This document shows, one piece after another, positions 33,657 to 40,228 of a stretch of DNA of 40,228 nucleotides (its first letter is position 1; each line of letters opens with the position of its first letter). Made by a program: the position numbers and the translations under genes. The notes under the pieces were generated by a model that ran no database searches, was not told the origin of the DNA, and worked only from the letters and a program-made list of their open reading frames with translations. The DNA comes from Malacoraja senta (taxonomy: Eukaryota), in assembly GCA_038087875.1 (NCBI GenBank), contig JAXLNO010000631.1, forward strand, positions 1 through 40,228, written 5' to 3'.

Positions 33657-33865
33657 GCTGCGTTGGGCGGCCCACATCGCTCGCACGCCTGACGCCAGAC
33701 TCCGAAGCCGAGTTCTGTGGATCTGATGACCTGTTATCAGGAGGACAGAGAAAAAGATTCAAGGATATGCTCAAAGGTTCTTTAACGAAGCGCAAAATCT
33801 CCACTGACTCCTGGGAGCCTCCGGCTCATGGACGTTCAGAGTGGAATACAAGTATTTGTGAAGCT
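33657..33865 (+). mobile_element. RTE (BovB-like) ORF C-terminal remnant
   Basis: Conceptual LRWAAHIARTPDARL...GGQRKRFKDMLKGSL...DSWE. Confidence 0.75.
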
Positions 33866-33949
33866 CAGGCCCCTGTGGGGCCCAGGGAGCCCATAGTTGT
33901 AATATGTAAGCCTTAGACATACACCACCTCATGACCTACCCACCTGGGG

Positions 33950-34251
33950 CCGCACGGTGGCACAGCGGTAGAGTTGCTGCCTCGCGGCGCCAGAGACCCG
34001 GGTTCCATCCTGACAACGGGCGCTGTCTGTACGGAGTTTGTACGTTCTCCCCGTGACCTGCGTGGCTTTTCTCCGCGTGCTCCGCTTTCGTCCCACGCTC
34101 CAGAGACGTACATGTTTGTAGGTCAATTGGCTTCTGCGTTTTGTAAATTGTTCCCAGCGTGAGTAGGATAGTGCTGGGTGATCGCTGGTCGGTGTGGACT
34201 CGGTGGGCCAGAGGGCCTGTTTCTGCGCTGTATCTCTAAACCAAACGAAAC
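33950..34251 (+). mobile_element. HE1 SINE, full length
   Basis: Head, V-domain, tail. Confidence 0.88.
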
Positions 34252-34254
34252 TTA

Positions 34255-34481
34255 AGGGCCTGTCCCACCTTCACGACCTAATTCACGACCTTTTTTACCC
34301 GTGAACATTTTTCATCAGGCTAGAAAAAACGCCCCGACCTACTTGATGCCACGAGTACCTACGACTAGCATCACAACCTACCTACAACCTACCTACGACC
34401 TCCTACGACCTCATGCGACCATGAGTCAAGGGCAAACTCGGCAGAGGTCGTGAATTAGGTCATGAAAGTGGGACAGGCCCT
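34255..34481. mobile_element. PIF/Harbinger-like MITE
   Basis: TIR AGGGCCTGTCCCAC extending to ~38 bp imperfect; internal ACGACCT repeats. Confidence 0.85.
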
Positions 34482-34609
34482 GAAGCCTTAAGGTTTACAA
34501 CTAAAACTTAAGGCATCTCCTGCCCTACTTGTGAAACAGTCTGCAGTTCCTTATCAGGCACCACAGAATCCACAGAAGCAGGGTGGAAGCAAGTCATCTC
34601 CAATCCTCG

Positions 34610-34900
34610 AACTTGTAGATGCAGTGTATTTCTGGAAGACATTTCCACATAAAAGACTGGTGCGCAAGATATGAGCTGACAGTAATGGGAGAAATGTATT
34701 CACATGAATTGAAGACTGGTTATCACTATAAAGATATGGAGTCGGAATAAATGGGTCTTTTTCAAGCTGGGAATATGTAACTGGTGGAGAGCTCCAAGGC
34801 TCTTGCTTCTCAATTATTTACGATTTATATGCATGACCTAGAGAAAGCATCCAAGTTAGCCAGTGAAACTAAATTAGGTTGGGGGGCATGTTGTGATTTG
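34610..34900 (+). mobile_element. Old degenerate CR1 RT fragment
   Basis: Residual VDAVY, FHIKD, FTIYMHDL and SKLA motifs. Confidence 0.55.
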
Positions 34901-34909
34901 GACAAAAAG

Positions 34910-35250
34910 AGTCATAGAGTGATACAGCGTGGAAACAGGCCCTTCGGCCCAACTTGCCCACACTGGCCAACATGTTCCCAGCTACACTAGTCCCACCTGC
35001 CTGCGCTTGGTCCATATCCCTCCAAACCTGTCCTATCCATGTACCTGTCTAACTGTTTCTTAAACGTTGGGATAGTCCCAGCCTCAACTACCTCCTCTGG
35101 CAGCTTGTTCCATACACCCACCACCCTTTATGTGAAAAGTTACCCCTCAGATTCCTGTTAAATCTTTTCCCCTTCACCTTGAACCTATGTCTCCGGTCCT
35201 CGATTCCCCTACTCTGGGCAAGAGACTCTGCATCTACCGATCTAATCCTG
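34910..35250 (-). mobile_element. HER1/CR1 3' fragment
   Basis: RHRFKVKGKRFNRNLRGNF; HE1-shared tail. Confidence 0.9.
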
Positions 35251-35289
35251 CAACATGGACTCTGCAACAGGATCGAGGTAAATTTAATA

Positions 35290-35475
35290 TTAATAATAAT
35301 AATAATAAATTTTATTTCATGGGCGCCTTTCAAAAGTCTCAAGGACACCTACAAAGTTTAACAATAGTGTAGAAACATGTAAGCGGAATGAAATAAATAG
35401 CAAAGACATCACCAGTACACAAATTAAAGATAGAATTAAATCCAAAAACAAAAATCAAAAACACAATATGGAAGA
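35290..35475 (-). mobile_element. L2-type 3' end
   Basis: Minus strand GTGTCCTTGAG...GAAAGGCGCC...AAATAAA..(ATT)n. Confidence 0.7.
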
Positions 35476-35539
35476 GAGAGCAGGCGGGCTGCTAAAGCGC
35501 GCCAGCGTCCACTTTCCCTTCCGACCGCCATCTTGGACA

Positions 35540-35970
35540 TAGACTAACATAGACACTACACATTACACACAAATCATCCCTCACAATGATTACCACTGTG
35601 GGGGAAGGCACAATGTCCAGTCCCCAACCCCAGTTCACCCAAAGTCAGGCCTATTGAGGCCTCCACAGTTGCCTCTACGGAGGCCCGATGTTCCTGGCCG
35701 TTCTCGCCAGGGGCAGTTGTCCCGGCGTCGGGAGAGTCCTCACAGCGGCTGGGACGGCTGATTTCCTTCCGGAGTCCGTGGCACCTGACGCCAACAAGGC
35801 CGCGCCGATTTGGAGCTCAGAGGCTCACGATGTTGGAGTCGGCGCTGGTCGCTCCGCAGTCCCGCAGCCCGGAGGTGTTGAGCTCGGCGGTCGCAGCTCA
35901 CCGGAGCTCCAGCGCGTCGATCCAGCGCGGCGACCCAGGCAAGGCATCGCCCGCTCCGCGATAGATAATT
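35540..35970 (-). mobile_element. GC-rich retroelement 3' UTR related to 2392-2712
   Basis: Shared CATCC.TCACA.TGA...CACTGTG..GGAAGG block. Confidence 0.5.
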
Positions 35971-36035
35971 TACCTGGTAAGTAAAATCTGAGGAAATAAA
36001 CAAACAAATAATGGTCATTATGTGTGTCTGAGTTA

Positions 36036-36325
36036 AGGGCCTGTCCCACTGAGGCGATTTTTTAGGCGACTACAGGCGACATGACTGTCGCCACATGGTC
36101 GCCGGGGTGTCGCCTGTGCGGTCGTGAGTCGTCTCTCAAGAAGTCGCGCCCAATCGTAGCGTTTTTCTGGTCGCCGCTGGATTTTGAAATGTTCAAAAAT
36201 TTTCAGCGACAGTCGGCGACAGTTGGCTTGGCGCCAATGAGAGTAGCTTGACTTCTCCTGACGTAGGTGCTGTCGTAGGTTGTCGCCAGGTGACGTAGGT
36301 TGTCGCCGGGTGCTGACGTCGTTTT
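36036..36325. mobile_element. Harbinger-like MITE, right TIR not found
   Basis: TTA then AGGGCCTGTCCCACT; interior similar to 9523-9828 (GTCGCC repeats). Confidence 0.75.
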
Positions 36326-36567
36326 TTTTTTGTAGTTAAAGTAATGATTCTATTTCAAATTGTATGTCGTAGGGGGATCCAGTCGCCATTTTTTCATGAT
36401 TACAATCCTTACACACACTGAAGTTTCACCCATTGGGGCCCATGAGTACCAGATTGAAAAATTCCACTTTTCTTCCGTAAAAAATATCACAATGATCACG
36501 TGGACTATGTTCGCTGACGAATTGACTACTTGGCAAAATGCAATGTGATGCGATCTCACATTATAAG

Positions 36568-37200
36568 GGCGCACGGTGGCGCCGCGGTAGAGTTGCTGCC
36601 TCACAGCGCCGGAGACCCGGGTTCGATCCTGACCACGGGTGCTGTCTGTACGGTGTTTGAGAAGGAACTGCAGATGCTGAAAATCGAAGGGAGACAAAAG
36701 TGCTGGAGAAACACAGCGGGTGCAGCAGCATCTATGGAGCGAAGGAAATAGGCAACGTTTCGGCCCGAAACCTGAAGGAAATAGGCAACGTTTCGGCCTG
36801 AAACCTGAAGGAAATAGGCAACGTTTCGGCCCGAAACCTGAAGGAAATAGGCAACGTTTCGGGCCGAAACCCAAGGGTTTCGGCCCGAAACGTTGCCTAT
36901 TTCCTTTGCTCCATAGATGCTGCTGCACCCGCTGAGTTTCTCCAGCACTTTTGTCTACCTGCTGTCCGTACGCAGTTTGCACGTTCTCCCCGTGACCTGC
37001 GTGGGTTTTCTCCGAGATCTTCGGTTTCCTCCCACACTCCAAAGACGTGCAGGTTTGTGCCGGTTAATTGGCTTGGCGCCAATGTAAAAAATTGTCCCTG
37101 GCGTTGTGTCGGACAGTGTTGGTGTGCGGGGATCGCTGGTCGGCGTGGGCGGAAAGGGCCCCGCTTCCGCGCCGAATCTCTAAAAGTAAAACGAAACAAA
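36568..37200 (+). mobile_element. HE1 SINE split by a Penelope-derived fold-back
   Basis: TGCTGTCYGTACG duplicated at 36640-36652 and 36960-36972. Confidence 0.88.
36653..36959. mobile_element. Penelope-derived fold-back element with 4 x 33-bp tandem repeat, 13-bp TSD
   Basis: Inverted arms; unit GAAGGAAATAGGCAACGTTTCGGCCCGAAACCT. Confidence 0.85.
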
Positions 37201-37624
37201 ATAGAAATCGCTTGCGTGAGGAGCAGCAATTTGAGCAACACCTTTGCAAGCCTTATTACAGAAGATAGCAATAAACGGGGTCTCCGTCCATGATTAACAG
37301 GGCCTAGAAACAGCGTGCTCAAGATTGTGGAATACATACTGCAAAATGCACTCAAGCAAGTTGTGATGCTGCAACGTCCAGTGTATGATTACACCCTCCT
37401 TATACCTCCTTTACATGCTATGAACACGGGCACTTTCCAGGGTACTTTGACTGCAAAAGTGCCACTGCACTATGTAGAATCGAATCAGGAACATAATTAT
37501 ATGTCTAAACTTAGAAATGCTGTCCATCTTTGCAAGAATATAAAGCCGTGCAGGCAGCGAGCGATAGAGCACGGAAATAGGCCTCTTGGCTCACTAAGTC
37601 CATGCCGACCAACAACCAGCCAGT

Positions 37625-37756
37625 CTGAAGAAGGGTCTCGACCCGAAACGTCACCCATTCCTTCTCTCCAGAGATGCTGCCTGTCCCGCTGAGTAACTCC
37701 AGCATTGTGTGTCTATCTTCGGTTTAACCCAGCGTCTGCAGTTCCTTCCGACACAT
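37625..37756 (+). mobile_element. Penelope-derived monomer starting at the hammerhead core, 12-bp TSD
   Basis: TSD CAACCAGCCAGT (37613-37624, 37757-37768); begins CTGAAGAAGGGTCTCGACCCGAAACGTC. Confidence 0.88.
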
Positions 37757-38004
37757 CAACCAGCCAGTTACACTCATTTCACGTTAATCCCATGAGCTAC
37801 CCACCCTACATTCTCATCAATTTCCCCCCCACAAAAGTCAATTATCATTCGAATCCTCACATCTTTGGGATGTGGGAAGCAACTGGAACACCCACAGGAA
37901 ATGGAAATTTTGTGAGAAATTCTGTATTTAATTTTGTAAACAAATAAGTGGACTTCATCTGTGCCTCAATAGTGTTTTGTCTTACCCAGCCAAAAGAATG
38001 CATT

Positions 38005-38224
38005 GTGTAGGAAGGAACTGCAGATGCTGGTTTAAACCGAAGATAGGCACAAAGTGCTGGAGTAACTCAGAGGGACAGGCAGCATCTTTGGAGAGAAGGA
38101 ATGGGCGGCGTTTCGGGTCGAGACCCGGGTCTGAAGAAGGGTCCCGACCCGAAACGTCACCCATTCCTTCTCTCCGAAGATGCTGCCTGTCCCGCTGAGT
38201 TACTCCAGCATTTTGTGTCTATCT
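38005..38224. mobile_element. Penelope-derived fold-back element, 12-bp TSD
   Basis: TSD AAAGAATGCATT (37993-38004, 38225-38236); inverted arms. Confidence 0.88.
38127..38162 (+). ncRNA. Minimal type I hammerhead ribozyme motif (best copy)
   Basis: GGGU-CUGAAGA-A-GGGUC(CC)GACCC-GAA-ACGU-C-ACCC; 4-bp stem I, palindromic ACGU in place of stem III. Confidence 0.7.
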
Positions 38225-38709
38225 AAAGAATGCATTCCAATGTCGGGTACTAAATCGTGATGTGTCTTCAGCTGACAGGGTATGTTCCAAAACAGACTGG
38301 CTGTAGGGAGCTTGGACAAACACATCTCATCCTCAGACAATTATCACTCAGCTGCCGGGAGTCTTTGCTGCAAATATTAGGGATGTGTTTTGCTGACCAT
38401 GTATGGGCAAGGGCATACACATGGAACAACCAACTCGAAACTAAAGTTCAAAATGAATGATTTGAAAAGTCTGAATGGCTTGGGGCAGGAACTGTTAATT
38501 ACAAATGGAGAATGTGGAAAGTGTGGATTTTGGTTCTTACTGAAGCTTAATCTGGTCTCATTCGAACCCGAAAACTGATGCATTATTGAAGAGGCTAACA
38601 GAAAGATTTCCTTCATTACAAGGGCACACATACTGTTGTAACCATTGCAGTGCCCATCAATAATCCTGCATCCCATCAACTGTACACAAGAGCAATTTTG
38701 AAGCACTTA

Positions 38710-38952
38710 AGGGGCTGTCCCACTTGGCGATTTTTTCGGCGACTGCCCGCGTCATACTAGGGTGCGCCAAAAGATTTTGAACATTTCAAAATCCAGCGTC
38801 GACAAAAAAAATGTTGCGACAATTGAAAAAACACCGCGCGTCAATACGTCATCACGCCGCATCACGCCACATCACGCCGCGCCACGCCGCAAATTTTTCG
38901 GTGACCTGATACGTCAGTCAATGATGCCGAATCGCCACGTGGGACAGGCCCT
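38710..38952. mobile_element. PIF/Harbinger-like MITE
   Basis: TIR AGGGSCTGTCCCAC; perfect TTA TSD; internal CACGCCGC repeats. Confidence 0.88.
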
Positions 38953-39027
38953 TTACTCATTTGGTTACCTTTTTACATGTCTCTCTGCCGAGTGCCCGAC
39001 GGTTGTCGGGGATGTTATGAAACATTG

Positions 39028-39125
39028 AAACATAGAACCAGCGCCACCATTCAATAATGATCATGGCTGATCATCCAATATCGGTACCCCGTTCCTGCTT
39101 TCTCCCCATATCCCTTGATTCCGTT
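39028..39125 (-). mobile_element. CR1 3' tail
   Basis: GAAACATAG...CATTCAATAATGATCATGGCTGATCATCC. Confidence 0.8.
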
Positions 39126-39447
39126 GTCCAGTCTTTTTGCTGCTGAACACTGGCCACATCTGTAAATCTCGGTCGCTGCTTGAGTATCGAAGAAACTGGA
39201 TCCATTTGTGTGGGCTTGAGTTCAAAGGCTGACCAGGACTCAGACGCATATTTAGCACACAGCGACCCAAGTGTGAATTTCTCCCCTCTGCCTTGCCTCT
39301 CAACGCCAGGTCTGTTCTGCACACGCACAGGAAAATCAGACCTTCTCCAGGATGCAACACGGTACAGGACCATACGAAACTCTGGGCCACAATGGGGACA
39401 ATGAGGAGTTTGTCACCATGAGTCCAATTGCGAATTCTAAAGGAACC

Positions 39448-39702
39448 ACCGAGTCCGCACCGACCGGCGATCCCCGCACACTAACACACTAGGAACAATT
39501 CACTATTTGTTACCAAAGCCAATGAACCTACAAAGCTGTACGTCTTTGGAGTGTGGGAGGAAGCCTGAGCACCCGGGGGAAACCCACACGGTCACAGGGA
39601 GGATGTACAAATTCGACACAGATAGCACCCGTAGTCAGGATCAAACCCGGGTCTCTGGCGCTGTGAGGCGACAACTCTACCGCTGCGCCACCGTGACGCC
39701 CC
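39448..39702 (-). mobile_element. HE1 SINE
   Basis: Head and V-domain in reverse. Confidence 0.85.
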
Positions 39703-39920
39703 ATAGACTGACCATGTGGAAAAGAAGAGAATGGGTACCAATAGATTGATATGAAGAATGACTGGAGAAGGTTGCAGTGGTGCACTAATGCTGGCATGTA
39801 CTCGTTGGGCCAAAGGGCCTGTTTCGTTTCTATATATCCTACCTAATCTCAAACTGGAGCCCAGCATCAGAGAAGTACACCTGAGCTTTCAGGCTTCAAG
39901 AAAATATTGAGCAGCTGTGT

Positions 39921-40228
39921 AAGAACATAGAAACAAGGTGCAGGAGTAGGCCATTCAGCCCTTCGAGCTAGCACCACCATTCAATATGATCATGGCTGAT
40001 CGTCCAAAATCAGTACCCAGTTCCTGCTTTCTCCCCATATCCCTTGATTCCCTTAGCCCTGAGAGCTAAATCTAACTCTCTCTTTGAAAATTGTCTATTG
40101 TCTATTGAAAACATCCCGTGAATTGGCCTCCACTGCCTTCTGTGGCAGAGAATTCCACAGATTCACAACTCTCTGAATCAGCTTTCAAGAGAGAGCTAGA
40201 TAGGGCTCTTAAAAATAGCAGAGTCAGG
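39921..40228 (-). mobile_element. CR1 3' fragment followed by a + strand CR1 piece (from ~40180)
   Basis: Homologous to other CR1 tails; runs off the window. Confidence 0.8.

Noticed and set aside
36350..37042. 230-aa ORF with repeats
   Set aside because: Chance read-through of SINE sequence plus a 33-bp (in-frame) repeat
39061..39404. Overlapping ORFs as a host exon
   Set aside because: No recognisable domain or convincing splice sites; the minus-strand ORFs run into a CR1 tail. Not excluded without BLASTX or RNA-seq

Overview
Eukaryotic, repeat-saturated intergenic or intronic DNA. The HE1-type V-SINEs and HER1/CR1 LINE tails point to an elasmobranch, probably a skate or ray (inference). 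I found no intact host gene, and almost every ORF in the track is a translated transposon fragment. The window holds about 20 HE1 SINE copies or fragments and many CR1 3' fragments, one with an RT domain. It also holds Rex1/Babar, L1, Tx1, L2, RTE and HERO-like remnants, a Penelope GIY-YIG 3' end, Gypsy-type LTRs with tRNA-Leu primer-binding sites, and hAT, Harbinger and unclassified MITEs. The main hidden signal is catalytic RNA. (1) A Penelope-derived non-autonomous family carries a minimal hammerhead motif and occurs as TSD-flanked monomers, fold-back palindromes and 66-bp minisatellites. (2) A 130-bp Vingi-like short element begins exactly at the predicted cleavage site of a CPEB3/HDV-like ribozyme, partly deleted in this copy. 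In addition, one LTR is followed by a 36-nt copy of mature tRNA-Leu(CAA) and is fused to an inverted Gypsy gag start. Family names come from recognition rather than database searches, and boundaries are approximate unless a TSD or TIR is quoted.
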